Assembly: GCA_964016885.1 (NCBI GenBank)
Contig: OZ024756.1
Location: forward strand, 4,712,001-4,776,000
From: Eledone cirrhosa
Lineage: Eukaryota
Direction: 5' to 3'
DNA: 64,000 nucleotides
Shown: positions 38,670 to 54,944 of the stretch, piece by piece
How positions within the stretch are numbered: the first letter of the stretch is position 1
How the letters are laid out: every line of letters begins with the position of its first letter
Made by a program: the position numbers and the translations under genes
Notes under the pieces: model-generated
Databases searched by the model: none
Told to the model about the DNA's origin: nothing
Seen by the model: only the letters and a program-made list of their open reading frames with translations

Positions 38670-38963
38670 TCCCCCCCTTTATTCTCCGATCCACTTTCTA
38701 TTTTCTATTTTTTACTTCCCCTTCTTTTACTTCCCTTTTTCCTCCACTAACTGATTACACTTGTCTTTTGTGTTTTTCAATCCAGATATATTTTTCATTT
38801 TTATTTTTATTTTATTTTTGCGCAGCCTATCTTACAATTTTATATTTGTACTTATTTATCCACAAGTTTTTTACACCCTGTATCAATATGGCTGAACGCC
38901 TTAATGTGTGTATACTTTTTATATATGTACATGAGTGACTACGTGTGTGCGCGTGCGTGTATG

Positions 38964-39022
<59 letters not shown>

Positions 39023-39965
39023 GTGTGTGTACAGGTGTTTGTGTGTGTGTGTATGTATATATTATGCGTATGTGTACGTGTCTTTATATCCGTGTTTTTG
39101 ACATCTCGGTTTTATGTTTTGTTCCTTTTTTCTTCTCCCCCCCCCATTCCTTTTTTTACTTACTCAGTTTCATACGTGGGCATGCAAACAGGTTTATATG
39201 CGTGAGTATAAGTATGTGTGTGTGTGTGTATGTACGTATCGAACGTATGGATGTGTAAGTGCGCGTGTGTATATAAGCATAATTATTTTTACATTTCTTT
39301 TGTGAGACACGCGTGTCTGTGTATGTATGTACCCCCTTTTTTTGTTTTCTTTAATTTTTTCTTTCTAATATCTTTTCTTTCTAATTTATCGTTATTATAT
39401 TTTTATAAATATATCGAGACTGATACTTTTCTTTTAATTATTACACTCCCTTACCTCCTTTCTTTCCGCATCTAAGTGTACGAGTGTGCAGGCGTTTTAT
39501 GCGCGCGCCTTCATATTCATATATTTACGATGTAACCATTTCTGTCTGTATAATACAGACATATAGATACATTTGCCCTAAATTTTAGAATTGCGCACTC
39601 TTTCTCACTATACACATACATGTGCGCATATACATATATGCACATCTGTGAGCGTATATACATACATATACACACACCTAACTATATTTCTTGATAGATT
39701 TTTATATATTTCAATTTCTATTTCATTTATCTATATCTTTTTTTGATTTTCTTGATGTGTTTTTCTAAGTATTTGCCCATGTTTTATATTGCCTCATCTG
39801 ACGAACGAATGAAGTCGTTTATTTCGTATTCGCCTCATTCGGGAAACCTCTGGTAATGAGGTAATTATATTGTATTGATTTTTATACATTAAATTTTGCT
39901 CTGATACTTACATAGAGCACTCTTCATTTCTATGACCTTTTCTGTTTCCAACGGAAATTTCAATA

Positions 39966-39968
<3 letters not shown>
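38670..39968 (+). mobile_element. PLE 3' UTR and tail
   Basis: Distal part homologous to 680-1100 (-); hammerhead, tail motif, then (TA)n. The 5' boundary is approximate. Confidence 0.6.
39791..39862 (+). ncRNA. type I hammerhead ribozyme
   Basis: Stem I cctcat/atgagg; CTGACGA 39798-39804; stem II cgaatga/tcattcg; GAAA 39843-39846; stem III acc/ggt; GTA site at 39853-39855. Confidence 0.8.
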
Positions 39969-40028
<60 letters not shown>

Positions 40029-40314
40029 TGCCACGAGTAAGGTTTATTGTCGTATTGAATTTATGTGCGGTATAAACCTCCCCGTCTTCAAAAGTTTTAG
40101 AATGAAGCTTTACAGGATTAACGGATTATTCATCCATATATTAATATCTATGTATATATATATAGTATGTGTAATTTTGTGTATGTATGTATGTATATAC
40201 ACACACACATATATATATATTGTATATATGTATTTATATATAGATATATATGTTTGTATGTATGTATACATGTGTATGTATATATATATATATGCATATA
40301 CATGAATATTTTTG

Positions 40315-40410
<96 letters not shown>

Positions 40411-40644
40411 TATATATATGCATATATATATATGCATATATATATGCATATATATATATATATACATATATAATGCATATATATACATATATATATGTAT
40501 ATATACACATATATATATATATGTATATAATATATATATATGTGTGTATGTGTGTGTGTGTGACATAGTCACTACATTAAAAATGATAGCGCAAGGTCTT
40601 CAAAATGTTTTTAATTAAACATACGGTATATTGCCAAATATACT

Positions 40645-40682
<38 letters not shown>

Positions 40683-40686
40683 TAAA

Positions 40687-40860
40687 GTTTTAATATGGAA
40701 GAGCTTCTACAGGACTAGAACTGTTTCATTCGTGATGATTCGTGATGATTTCTCACGAATGAAATAGTTCTAGGCCTGTAGAAGCTCTTCTATATTAAAA
40801 CTGTTATACTCTGCTATGTATTGAGTACCTTACTTACCTCCGATTCAACCCGGAATAACA
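40687..40860 (+). mobile_element. PLE tail with imperfect hairpin (40687-40801)
   Basis: Same family as 53237-53420 and 19319-19398. Confidence 0.65.
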
Positions 40861-40917
40861 TATATATATATATTAATGTATATATACACTTACATCTTTG
40901 TTTGTATGTATATATAC

Positions 40918-41005
<88 letters not shown>

Positions 41006-41188
41006 TCTCACACACACATACACACGCATATATATATATATATATATAATTAAAAGTTTAACAAGGTTCAATAAATTCATCAATGAATACATTTTCACAA
41101 TAGATTAGAAGCACTCTACAGTAAGGTTTTCTGGAGTTATTAATATTACTTCAAAATATTAATAAATATAGACATTCATGTGATTAAA

Positions 41189-41430
41189 TATATTTTATTA
41201 TACATATTTCAGAGGTACTGAGCTATTTCAATAGTACGTCCTCATCAGATAAAATAAGTTGATGCCTGACATACCTTGCTATGTTGATGGTTATAATTTA
41301 GTTATGGCAGTCATGACTAAATTATAACCATCAACATAGTCAAGGTATGTCAGGCATCAACTTATTTTATCTGATGAGGACGTACTATAGAAATAGCTCA
41401 GTACCTCTGAAATATGTATAATAAAATATA
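41189..41430. repeat. ~240-bp near-perfect palindrome with an outward-facing hammerhead in each arm
   Basis: Centre ~41309; a few mismatches between arms. Confidence 0.85.
41363..41428 (+). ncRNA. type I hammerhead ribozyme (mirror copy on minus strand at ~41191-41256)
   Basis: Stem I tattttat/ataaaata; CTGATGA 41371-41377; stem II gga-gtact/agtac-tct; GAAA 41409-41412; short stem III; ATA site. Confidence 0.78.
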
Positions 41431-41470
41431 CTTGATTACAATGAAGTTCTATTTTTGTTAATATTTTGAA

Positions 41471-41539
<69 letters not shown>

Positions 41540-42194
41540 TCATTTTATTATAGAAATGACTTCTGCACGACTATAGCCTTTTATTCGACTAAACAACAAA
41601 CGACAACATCCTCACAGACGAGCCAACGAGAACTCTTGACCCGTTAAAGATAGCAGCCAAATAGCCTCCAAATGAATACAATGAGAGGATTAACAAGAGA
41701 GTGGGGGAGATATCTGGCTAATTATAACTGTTAATTAGGTTAGGGCCGCCAAAGTGTACATGTCACCCCGGGGCTTTTAAATGCCTTGCTCCGCGTCTGT
41801 ATACTAATTTGAAAAATGAAAGGTCACACTAAATAATGTTGACATAGAAACATTGACAACTGGAATGTCTTTGATCAAAGGTCTGCGTAAAGAACGCTAG
41901 CCTTGGGCTAAACGAAAATATGTATATATATATATATGTATACATATATACATATATATATATGTATATATACATATATATATGTATATATATAAGCATT
42001 TATGTATGTATGAGTGTATGTATGTTTGTATATATATATATATATATGTGTGTGTGTGCGTGTAAGTGAGTAGAGTAGCGTGTGTGTGTGTTTGTTGTGT
42101 GTGTGAGTGTTGCTGTGTGCACGCATATGTATGCGTGTGTGTGTATGTCGTACGTATAAGTGTCAATAAGTAATTTTTTTTTTTTTTTTTTTTT

Positions 42195-42497
42195 GCGCGG
42201 GGACATAGAAATAATCGGGCTGGATGCCCGATCGCGCAGTTAAACCACTGGGAGTGAAGAACCCCTAGCCCATGTCAGGGTATTCTTCTAGGAGAAGGCA
42301 TCTCAGGAAACTGGGTTAACTCCGATATAAAACCTGCGGCTCAGTAGTTACCGATGATGTTGATCTTTTCTTCTTTTCGGGTTATAGCTACTGTCGCTCA
42401 GAGAGTGGGATTGGTTCAGTGCACAGTCTTTCCTCACTTTAAAAATATTCGTCACGCACAGGCATTGCACGAGTGCATTAATAATTATTAATAGTGT

Positions 42498-42532
<35 letters not shown>

Positions 42533-45500
42533 TATTATTACTTTTTTTTTTTTTTTTTTTTTTTTCCCAATTCAATGATGTTCCAGAACAATGTAAACGA
42601 GATAATTGCCAATTTGGGTTCTGGAACAAAAAAGATCATTGGCAATAAGGGCAGGGGCCCCAAGTTATCACAACCTGGGCCCGCCCGTCATCGTGCCATT
42701 GTAATAGAGCCAAACAGGGCATTTAGTCTTGGCTGCTGGAACGTACGGACGCTGCTTGACAGGGATTCTTTGGAGCGTCCTGAACGAAGGACCGCTCTTG
42801 TTGCGAAGGAGCTTCGACGTTACGATCTTGACATCGTGGCTTTGTCTGAGACGAGGTTAGCTGGAGATGGTCATCTTACGGAATTTTGTGGAGAATATAC
42901 ATTCTTCTGGAAAGGAAGAGATGAAGGAACCAGAAGAGAGGCTGGGGTAGGATTTGCTGTTAAGACTGTACTGGTGAATAAATTGGAAGAATTCCCAGTG
43001 GGGATTAGTGAGCGTCTTATGTCCATGAGAGTTCCGCTGGACAAGGGAAGATATGCTACCCTGGTGAGTGTGTATGCTCCAACTATGAATTCTGTCGATG
43101 AAGAAAAACTGTCCTTTTACCATGCCTTGAAAGGTGTTTTAAGAAATATCCCTCAGGCAGACAAAGTCATCGTGCTTGGTGACTTTAATGCTAGAGTGGG
43201 TAGGGATTTTAACACATGGAATGTAATCGGAAGGCATGGGGTGGGAAAGTGTAACAGCAATGGTATGCTCTTGCTGCAGATGTGTGAGGAGCTGGATCTG
43301 TGTGTTACCAACACCATGTTCCAACAAAAGAACAAATTCAAGACCACATGGATGCATCCTGCATCTAAGGAATGGCATCTTTTGGACTACGTCCTAGTCA
43401 GGATGCGTGACAGACAGGATGTGCGGTGTGTTCGTGTTCTTCGTGGAGCTGAGTGCTGGACGGACCACCGCCTGGTACGCGCAAAAGTGAATCTAATCAC
43501 CAAACGTAAAATCCGGGCTCCTGGTGTTACCCTGCCCAAAAGATTGAATGCTGCTCGTCTTAAGGATAAAAATGTGAAGAGGACATTGGAAGAAGAGATG
43601 CAGGCTGCAGATCTTGGTGAGGATTGGCCGACCCTTAAAAAGTCGGTTTATGATGTAGGCAGACGTGTTCTGGGATTGGTGCAGAGAAAACATCAGGACT
43701 GGTTTAATGAGAAAGATGTGCATATAGATGACTTGTTGGCTGATAAGAGGCGCGCTCTGTCACGCTACTTGACGGCAAGACCACAGGAGAGGAATACGTT
43801 GCATGAGGAGCTCAGGGATGTAAAATCACGTGTTAGGCGGAGTCTTTCTCAGATGAAGGATCAGTGGTGGAGTGAGAAGGCTGGTGAGATACAAACTGCG
43901 TCTGATTGCAATAACACAAAGCTGTTGTACAGTCTCTTGCGTGAGGTTTATGGACCGTCTTCTTCTCTGGTGACACCGATTCGCAGCAGGGATGGCAAAG
44001 AACTTCTTCGTGACTCACAGGGAATTCTACGAAGGTGGCGGGAGCACTTTGATGATCTTTTGAATCAGCCGTCTGTCGTCAGTGAAGATTTCCTCAATCT
44101 CATTCCGGAAAGTCCTGTTAAAATAGCTCTCGCAGAGCCTCCGACACTTGTGGAGGTTGCAGTGGCTATTTCGAAGCTGAACAGTGGAAGATCTCCAGGT
44201 ATGGATGGCATACATGCTGAGCTCCTACAATATGGTGGTGAGAGACTCCTGCAACATCTTCACTCTCTGTTTGGAGGGATATGGGCTAATGAATCCGTGC
44301 CTGAGGACTGGAGAGATGCAGTAATGGTGGTCTTGTACAAGGGAAAGGGTAACAGGAATGATTGTGGGAACTACAGAGGTATATCATTGCTTTCTGTCGT
44401 GGGGAAAGTTTTATGTAGGGTGCTTCTGGACCGTCTGCTGACACACATTGCAGATTGTGTCCTTCCTGAAAGTCAATCTGGTTTTCGTGTTGGACGCGGC
44501 ACTACTGATATGATCTTCTCAGCTAGACAGCTCCAGGAGAAGTGCATTGAACAGGGCTTGGATCTGTATCAGGTTTTTGTCGATCTGACAAAGGCTTTCG
44601 ATACTGTCAACAGAGATGCATTATGGAAGGTTCTCCAGAAACTTGGTTGCCCTGATAAGTTCCTTGCTTTAGTTAGGTCTTTCCATGACGACATGAAGGC
44701 TTGGGTTAATGTCGGAGGTAACATGTCGGAGCCTATCTCAGTAAAAAATGGAGTGAAACAGGGGGATATTCCAGCACCGACCCTGTTTGCCATATACTTT
44801 GCAATGGTTTTCTGTGTTGCATTCAGGAATTGCGAGCATGGTGTTTACATCCGATATCGAACCTCAGGCAGCATATTTAACATCAGGCGCTTTGCTGCGA
44901 AGACAAAAGTATTTACATCAGTCATAAGAGACCTCTTGTATGCAGATGATTGCGATCTTGTAGCGCACACAGAGAGTGATATGCAGCACATTTTGAATGT
45001 ATTTTCTGACGCTTGCACTGCCCTGGGTTTGACTGTCAGTCTCAAGAAAACCGTCGTCATGTACCAACCTGCACCTGGTGGGCAGTACACTGAACCAAAC
45101 ATCTATGTGTATGGCAAACGACTTGGAGTGGTTGATCAGTTTGTCTACCTGGGAAGCACTGTCAATCGATACGGCAACCTTGACGGTGAAATCTCACTTA
45201 GGATTAGGAAAGCAAGTGATGCTTTCGGAAAGCTAGAAAGGCGACTCTGGGGTCGGCGAGACATATGCAGGAGGACAAAGGTAAGGGTGTACAGGGCATG
45301 TGTACTCTCTTGTCTTCTTTATGCCTGCGAGACCTGGGTCACATATCGACGCCACCTTAAGCAATTGGAGCGTTTCCATCAGATGTGTCTCAGACGGATA
45401 CATGGCGTTCGCTGGAGGGACCACATCAGTGATGTCGAGATTTTGGAAAGCTCTATGTGTGACAGTATAGAAGCTCTTGTGCTTAAGCAGCGACTCCGTT

Positions 45501-46128
45501 GGAGTGGTCACCTTGCCAGGATGAAGGATTCTAGAATACCAAAACAACTCTTCTATGGAGAGTTGGTTAAAGGAAAACGACCGCCACATAAACCAAAAAA
45601 GAGGTATAAGGATTCCTTGAAGGCCTCTCTGAAAGACGCTAACATCTCTGCTGATACATGGGAAAATATTGCTGCTGATCGTAATAAATGGAGAAAGACT
45701 GTATATGAGGGAAAAGTTGCCTTTGAGGCATCTCGAATCGCACACGAGAAAGTAAAGCGGGACGTGAGGAAGGGTATTGCTGTTGCACTTCCAGACGGCG
45801 AGGGTCCTCCTATGTTTCTGACATGCAGCGTCTGTGCGAGACTCTGCCTAAGCAAAGCTGGACTCGAAAGTCATCTTCGCAGTCATAAAGTAAGACCAGT
45901 GGTTGACTACCAGGCTGCTGTTGGAGATGCTACTCATCATGCTTGCCAAACATGTGGTAGAGAATGTAAATCAGCAGGAGGACTCAAGCGACATGCAAAA
46001 GTACACGAACTCCAACCACAGCCGACTATTCCCAGTAAATGTTTTGGTTGCCGACTCTGTGCAAGACATTTTGGATCATTGGCTGGGCTAAAAAGCCACA
46101 TTCGATCGCAGCACTGTTAGTTGCTATC

Positions 46129-46160
<32 letters not shown>

Positions 46161-46245
46161 GGGTGTGCTTGTGTGCGTGCGTGTGTGTGTATATATATAT
46201 GAATATGTATATTATTATTGTTGTTGTCGTTATTATTATTATTGC

Positions 46246-46332
<87 letters not shown>

Positions 46333-46373
46333 TGTGCAATGGCCATACTCGATAACGAGGGGGCAGCCATCAT
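42195..46373 (+). mobile_element. apparently full-length RTE-clade LINE
   Basis: Structured 5' UTR with ctaggagaagg motif, single long ORF, 3' end atggccatactcgataacgagggggcagccatcat. Confidence 0.88.
42575..46120 (+). CDS. RTE polyprotein: AP endonuclease, reverse transcriptase, three C2H2 zinc fingers (1181 aa)
   Basis: [29 protein letters not shown]; [24 protein letters not shown]; three CxxC-12-HxxxH fingers; no stops. Confidence 0.95.
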   Translation: MMFQNNVNEIIANLGSGTKKIIGNKGRGPKLSQPGPARHRAIVIEPNRAFSLGCWNVRTLLDRDSLERPERRTALVAKELRRYDLDIVALSETRLAGDGHLTEFCGEYTFFWKGRDEGTRREAGVGFAVKTVLVNKLEEFPVGISERLMSMRVPLDKGRYATLVSVYAPTMNSVDEEKLSFYHALKGVLRNIPQADKVIVLGDFNARVGRDFNTWNVIGRHGVGKCNSNGMLLLQMCEELDLCVTNTMFQQKNKFKTTWMHPASKEWHLLDYVLVRMRDRQDVRCVRVLRGAECWTDHRLVRAKVNLITKRKIRAPGVTLPKRLNAARLKDKNVKRTLEEEMQAADLGEDWPTLKKSVYDVGRRVLGLVQRKHQDWFNEKDVHIDDLLADKRRALSRYLTARPQERNTLHEELRDVKSRVRRSLSQMKDQWWSEKAGEIQTASDCNNTKLLYSLLREVYGPSSSLVTPIRSRDGKELLRDSQGILRRWREHFDDLLNQPSVVSEDFLNLIPESPVKIALAEPPTLVEVAVAISKLNSGRSPGMDGIHAELLQYGGERLLQHLHSLFGGIWANESVPEDWRDAVMVVLYKGKGNRNDCGNYRGISLLSVVGKVLCRVLLDRLLTHIADCVLPESQSGFRVGRGTTDMIFSARQLQEKCIEQGLDLYQVFVDLTKAFDTVNRDALWKVLQKLGCPDKFLALVRSFHDDMKAWVNVGGNMSEPISVKNGVKQGDIPAPTLFAIYFAMVFCVAFRNCEHGVYIRYRTSGSIFNIRRFAAKTKVFTSVIRDLLYADDCDLVAHTESDMQHILNVFSDACTALGLTVSLKKTVVMYQPAPGGQYTEPNIYVYGKRLGVVDQFVYLGSTVNRYGNLDGEISLRIRKASDAFGKLERRLWGRRDICRRTKVRVYRACVLSCLLYACETWVTYRRHLKQLERFHQMCLRRIHGVRWRDHISDVEILESSMCDSIEALVLKQRLRWSGHLARMKDSRIPKQLFYGELVKGKRPPHKPKKRYKDSLKASLKDANISADTWENIAADRNKWRKTVYEGKVAFEASRIAHEKVKRDVRKGIAVALPDGEGPPMFLTCSVCARLCLSKAGLESHLRSHKVRPVVDYQAAVGDATHHACQTCGRECKSAGGLKRHAKVHELQPQPTIPSKCFGCRLCARHFGSLAGLKSHIRSQHC

Positions 46374-46530
46374 ATATGTATATATATATATATGTATATA
46401 TATGTATATATATATGTATATATATATGTATATATATATATGTATGTTTGTATATATGTATATATATATATATGTATATATATGTATATATATGTATATA
46501 TATATGTATATATATATATATGTATGTATG

Positions 46531-46614
<84 letters not shown>

Positions 46615-46630
46615 GCGTATGTATGTATGG

Positions 46631-46676
<46 letters not shown>

Positions 46677-46694
46677 GCGTATGTATGTATGGGT

Positions 46695-46744
<50 letters not shown>

Positions 46745-46841
46745 CCTACACTCTATTTTCTTAAGTATAGAGTACTAAGCAGGACAAGTGTCTAACTGGT
46801 CTTTACTAGTAACATTCCATTCATCTATCTAACTATATATT

Positions 46842-47860
46842 TTGCTGGAAATAATACGTGACAACTATATATACTATATGCTGCACCGAGCGGTAACATC
46901 TAGCTTCTCGCTCCGTTCTTTGGTAGAACGAAAACCTGTTGATGAAATGAATCCTCTGTTCGATCATGAATACCACGAGCTTGCCAGTTACGTAAGTCTG
47001 ATATTTGATTTCGGATTTCATAGAAACACTTTAAACGTATAACGTCTGATTTGTCCAGGTGTATCTTTCTCAACCTGTTAGTTCTATCGTTACTTTGGTA
47101 TTGTGTGTCAGATTTTGCCTTCCACAATGTACAAATAGTCAAGCTATCTAAACGTATGTTATTACTCTGCGGACCTACCTTGTCGAGTGCTTTGCTAACT
47201 CATTCATATAGTAGGTCGAATTTGCTTGCACACCGCCAGAGATTCGATTTTACTAAGTATACAATTATATTATTTTCTCCTAGATTTAATAATTAACTAA
47301 TTAATTTAATTAGACAATTCTGTTGATTAGTTAATTATTTGTGTTTGTTTAATAACATCTGGTCGAGAGCTTATTCTGATGGTTAGCGGAAATTTAATAT
47401 TTCCTTTGTCTAACATTTTGAATGACCCGCCAAAAACCGGGGGTTATTTCCCTTGCTGGAAATAACACGTGACAACTATATATACGATATGCTGCACCTA
47501 GCGGTAACATTTAGCTTCTCGCTCCGTTCTTTGGTAGAACGAAAACCTGTTGATGACCTGAATCCTCTGTTCGATCATGAATACCCCGAGCTTGCCAGTT
47601 ACGTAAGTTTGATATTTGATTTCGTATAACGTTTGATTTGTCCAGGTGTATTTTTCTCAACCTGTTAGTTCTTTCGTTACTTTGGTATATTGTGTGTTAG
47701 ATTTTTGCCTACCACAATGTTCAATTTGTCAAGCTATTTAAACGTATGTTATTACTCTGAGGACCTACCTTGTCGAGTGCTTTGCTAACGCATTTACATA
47801 GTAGGCCGAATTTGCTTGCACACCGCCAGAGATTCGATTTTACTAAGTATCCAATTATAT
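46842..47860 (+). mobile_element. non-coding partial tandem (period ~611 bp) carrying an enlarged hammerhead
   Basis: 46842-47262 repeats at 47453-47860; flanked by TA-rich DNA; second ribozyme copy has lost GAAA by deletion. Confidence 0.75.
46934..47060 (+). ncRNA. enlarged type I hammerhead-like motif, U3 core
   Basis: acctg TTGATGA a-atgaatcc...ggatttcat-a GAAAC...GTC caggt. Confidence 0.65.
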
Positions 47861-47914
47861 ATATATATATATATATATATAGTTAAAAGAATAGAGGTGT
47901 AACACACAAGTTAT

Positions 47915-49934
<2,020 letters not shown>

Positions 49935-50244
49935 ATACATATATGTATATATATCTCCTTATAATATATAACCACCAATTTCTCTGTCTGTCTGTCCGAC
50001 AGTGGAAACATGTGCGCGCGGGGTTGCTATCTCTCTCTCTCTCCAGCTATCCCTCTCTTTTAGTCTGTCTGTTTCTCTCACTCTCACTCTTTCTCTTTGT
50101 AACACACTAACATTCCTCCCCTCTATCGCTGTGACGAACGGGAAGATGGAGGAGGAGGAGGAGGGGGAGGAGAGAGTCACTTCGTCACTTCACCTCTGCC
50201 TTTCTTTCTCTCCCCTCTCACTCCCTCATTACGTACAGACATTA

Positions 50245-50438
50245 GGGCGGTGGATTGGCAGAATCTGTAGAGAGTCGGACACCATGCTTCATAGCATGGA
50301 GTTACGTCCCTTTACGGTCTGAGTTCAAATACCGCCGAGGTTAACTTTGCCTTTCATCCTCACGGGGTCGATAAAATAAAGTACCAGTAATGTACTGGGT
50401 AATTGCTGGCCTTGTGCCAAAAGTAGAAACAATTATTA
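50245..50438 (+). mobile_element. full-length tRNA-derived SINE
   Basis: Head, B-box, central domain and tail as in the other copies. Confidence 0.9.
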
Positions 50439-50583
50439 GAAACATTGCTTCATTTTTACATATCTAAGCATTAGTAAAATAACTAATAATTTCAAAAGTA
50501 ATTTTTCAATTCCAATTTTTATGAACAGCAAAACATTAATAATAATTTTGTTCTAAGAATATATATACATTTCTGTGTGTGTA

Positions 50584-50616
<33 letters not shown>

Positions 50617-51176
50617 GAAATATATGGGCATTTCTCTGTTTGTCTGTCCGTCTGTCTGTCTGTCCTTCCCTAAAACTCAAATGTAGGTGCTACAGAAATA
50701 TTACCTTCCCCTTCTTTTCTCCATTTTGGTACTACAAGAGAAACACTGTCGCCATAGAAACATTACCTTCCCCTCTCCACTGACTTTGGTCACTGAGGCC
50801 GAGGGAATCGCTGGTTGCTATAGAGACACCTTGCACAAACCAGAAGTAACCAGTTCGAGGCGGTTCTGACTTGACACCATGCAAGGACCATTTGAAGATC
50901 TATTTCCATCGTTATATCATAACGTTTATGTATCATAACGTTTATATTTCCGTCACTAATCTCTTTTTCCCCCTTTTTCGTTTTAACATATATTTATTTC
51001 AAAGATTTCACCGTATAGATAACATATATATTTATACATGCATAAAAGACACACCGAGAGACGGTGAACATGTGGTGCCGAAAACATTTCTCATCCAAAT
51101 CTAAACAATATCAGTATATACACTAGATTTGCTAGCAGAAAACCGCCCACCGGGTGGTTTTCCGCTAGTATATATA

Positions 51177-51452
51177 TCTAAAACAGAGAATGTCTGTATG
51201 TCTGTCTGACTCCATAAAACTCGAGAACCGATTGTTTTCAAACTTTACACATGTAATACTTATGGTGTCGTGGGAGTGTTTTGAGCATAGGATATTTCAA
51301 ATTTTCAATGCCCTAGGGACCGCATTAGACGATTTAGTGATCTCTCTATATAATTCTTAGTCTTTCTCTTTTAGATAGATACATAGATATAACGTTGCAC
51401 CCTTATAATATCTATCTGTATATCTGGCTGTCTGTATTACTACATTATGACG

Positions 51453-51493
<41 letters not shown>

Positions 51494-51535
51494 TGTGTGT
51501 GTGTGTGTGTATGTATATATATATATATATATAGT

Positions 51536-51585
<50 letters not shown>

Positions 51586-51709
51586 TGTAACGTTTTTCAA
51601 AATATTTACTTCTGCGTTCACAGATTCATTTTTTTAGTTTCAGAAGATCCCGTTAAGGGTGAAGCAGCGATTCTTTGCTTAAACTTTAATCTGTTATTTT
51701 AATATATAT

Positions 51710-51783
<74 letters not shown>

Positions 51784-52390
51784 ATGAGAGGTATAGAGAT
51801 TGTTTTAGCAAGAAGCTAACGGCATTCTATAACATATATGCGACTATAACGTCAAGATGGGAAAAGTAGTTAACGAAAGATTTAGGAAAAATAACTCAAA
51901 CTCATCTCAAAAGAGAATCAGGATATAAATTCATCCACAGAATTTAGTAAAATCCAGGGAAAAATCTATAGACCTTTAAATCATGATAAAATAAAGTTTG
52001 AAACACTTATCCTTCAATTTGGAATAACATCAAATGCTCTGTATAGTCTTAAAAGACTATTTCATGAAAACTTTCAGTGGAGATGGTCACGGTTGGATTT
52101 CATTCATCAGCAGAGCTCAACAGAAACCAGGGCTCTCACAGTAATATAATCCGAAAAAGGGAGTTCTAAAACTGGCTAGTCCGCCTTCATGTGTATTTAT
52201 GAAAAAGCACATGAGGAAAAAAAAAAAATATATATATATAATTATATATTCGTGTACAGATATTTTTGCATACACAATAACAAAATATAAAGAAACGTAT
52301 TTATTTCACGTGACTCGATAAGGATAAATATATATCTAATATATAAGAACCCTAGAGCAAATCCCAAGCAACGCCGGACCATTCTGCTAG
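51177..52390 (+). mobile_element. non-autonomous Helitron-like element with insert in internal (TA)n
   Basis: 5' TCTAAAACAGAGAATG, 3' gcaacgccggaccattctg-CTAG|T. Another hairpin-plus-CTAG end lies just upstream at ~51135-51168. Confidence 0.7.
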
Positions 52391-52394
52391 TATA

Positions 52395-52484
<90 letters not shown>

Positions 52485-52516
52485 TACATATATGTATATA
52501 CATATATATATATATT

Positions 52517-53172
52517 AGCAAGATTCTTTATCTGAAATCGTGTGTTGAAACCGATATTGTTATACTTTGGGAGGGTCATGTTGCCAATAAGAAACACACG
52601 CACCAGTTGTTTCACTTCAATTTATTATATATTTATAAATTTATAAATTTACAAATCTACAAATTTATAAATTTCTGGTTGGTTGGTTGGTTCCACAACC
52701 AGATAGTTGTTTATATATAGTCATAGTCCTTTCGTCACACACTCTGTGACCTCTTCAGTGACTGGGGATTCCTTTCTTTGTTTCTGTGCCTTTCCTTTCT
52801 TCTGTCCTACGCCATTTTGTTTCTGTGTGTGTGTGTTGTGTGCTCAGTTTGCGCATGCGCCACACCCGGGTGTCTGTGTTTGTTTGTGTTCATTTATCTA
52901 TTTGTTTATTTATTTACATGTTGTTGGTTGGTTGTTTGTTCTATGTGTGTGTGTGTTTTCATTTTGTCCTTAATTGTAAGTTGTGATGTTGCTGTTCCAC
53001 TCATATTTTCTATTTAATTTTGGTTGTAATTCTTTTATGTTTACTGCCTCTGTAATTTGTCTAAACATTGCATCTTTTCTGTGTGTAGATTCTATTTTTA
53101 TTTCTATGTTCTCTAATTTACCCTTCTGTTCTATCTTAGCATGTTGGTAGAGTACAGATGATTCTTTACAGA
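52517..53172 (-). mobile_element. 5'-truncated Penelope-like element (GIY-YIG C-terminus and 3' UTR)
   Basis: KESSVLYQHAKIE...RQITEAVNIKELQPKLN; same family as 17391-18790. Confidence 0.85.
52719..52763 (-). ncRNA. minimal type I hammerhead in PLE 3' UTR
   Basis: agtca CTGAAGA g-gtcaca-gagtg-tgtgac GAAA gga CTA tgact. Confidence 0.72.
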
Positions 53173-53191
53173 TGATAATAAAGAATATACA

Positions 53192-53556
<365 letters not shown>

Positions 53557-53557
53557 A

Positions 53558-53674
<117 letters not shown>

Positions 53675-53904
53675 ATTTATTTTTTTTTTTTTTTCATACA
53701 TATATATAATACTCATCTTTTTCCATTTCTCCGAGGGTTCTTAACCCCACTATCAGGCTAAATAATTTCTAATAATTTCAGATCCACTCGCTGTTTCGAA
53801 AATATTCTTACTTGACATTAGAGTCGCTAAGTTTATAGCTTCTAATTTGAATGGAAGAAGACGGGTGATGTGTTGGTGTAAATGGTACACAGTGGTCCGG
53901 ATAA

Positions 53905-54005
<101 letters not shown>

Positions 54006-54427
54006 CATATATATATATATATATTCAATGTGGTCTACCCTTCGTGGTAGGGTCCGTACCGTAGCTAGAACTCAATGCAATCTGATTGAAAGTAATCCAG
54101 TTAAATCCATAGAATGGTTCCGTGTTCCGCTGAGTTAATTTCTTAGATCCAGTGTCAGATATTATATATTAAATTAACAATGCAAATAAAAACAACAAAA
54201 TCAAGTTATTTTAACTATTCATATCATTTTTTTTAACGATCGTTTCGGAGGGTTGATCATATAGACATATTTACTGATCTATAGCAATTATATAACTGTA
54301 TACTATCAGACCTCATATATAGGTTCGATCAGACCGTCTTCTTCTTGTTTGCGAAGAATTTCTTCTATGGCGGATATCACATCTTCCTCCGTTATATATA
54401 TATATATATTGATTGATTGATTGATTG

Positions 54428-54484
<57 letters not shown>

Positions 54485-54639
54485 AAACCTTTTCAAGATT
54501 CCCTGAAAAGGTTTGCTGAACACACAAGCCGGAACCGCTTGGCGCCGCATTCGCGATTTTACATATCTATACCCATATCTGCATCTCCCCATTTATTATG
54601 TACTCCCATGATTAGTGGTCTCCATGGTCTCAGAATAGC

Positions 54640-54744
<105 letters not shown>

Positions 54745-54944
54745 GGCAGTACAGCATAATCGAAGCTCCGGCAGCAGCTAAGCTAACGAATGCAATCGGA
54801 ATGGTCAGCTAAGCACTCAATAAGGTGTTTTACCTTAGAGTAATAACATTACGTTTAGACACCTTTGCAAATTGAAGATTGTGAACGGTAAGCCAGCCGC
54901 AGGGACCAAAGCAACGAGAAAATCAACTCAGGATAATTTGATAA

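Noticed and set aside
42195-42345. Twister or HDV-like ribozyme in the RTE 5' UTR
   Set aside because: Hairpins and a ggttaactccg stretch are present, but I could not build either pseudoknot fold by eye; a covariance-model search is needed.
54225-54330. Further hammerhead (GAAAC gatc GTT on minus strand); similar weak candidates near 18884-18927 and 51050
   Set aside because: The core or stem I is missing or too degenerate to support a call.
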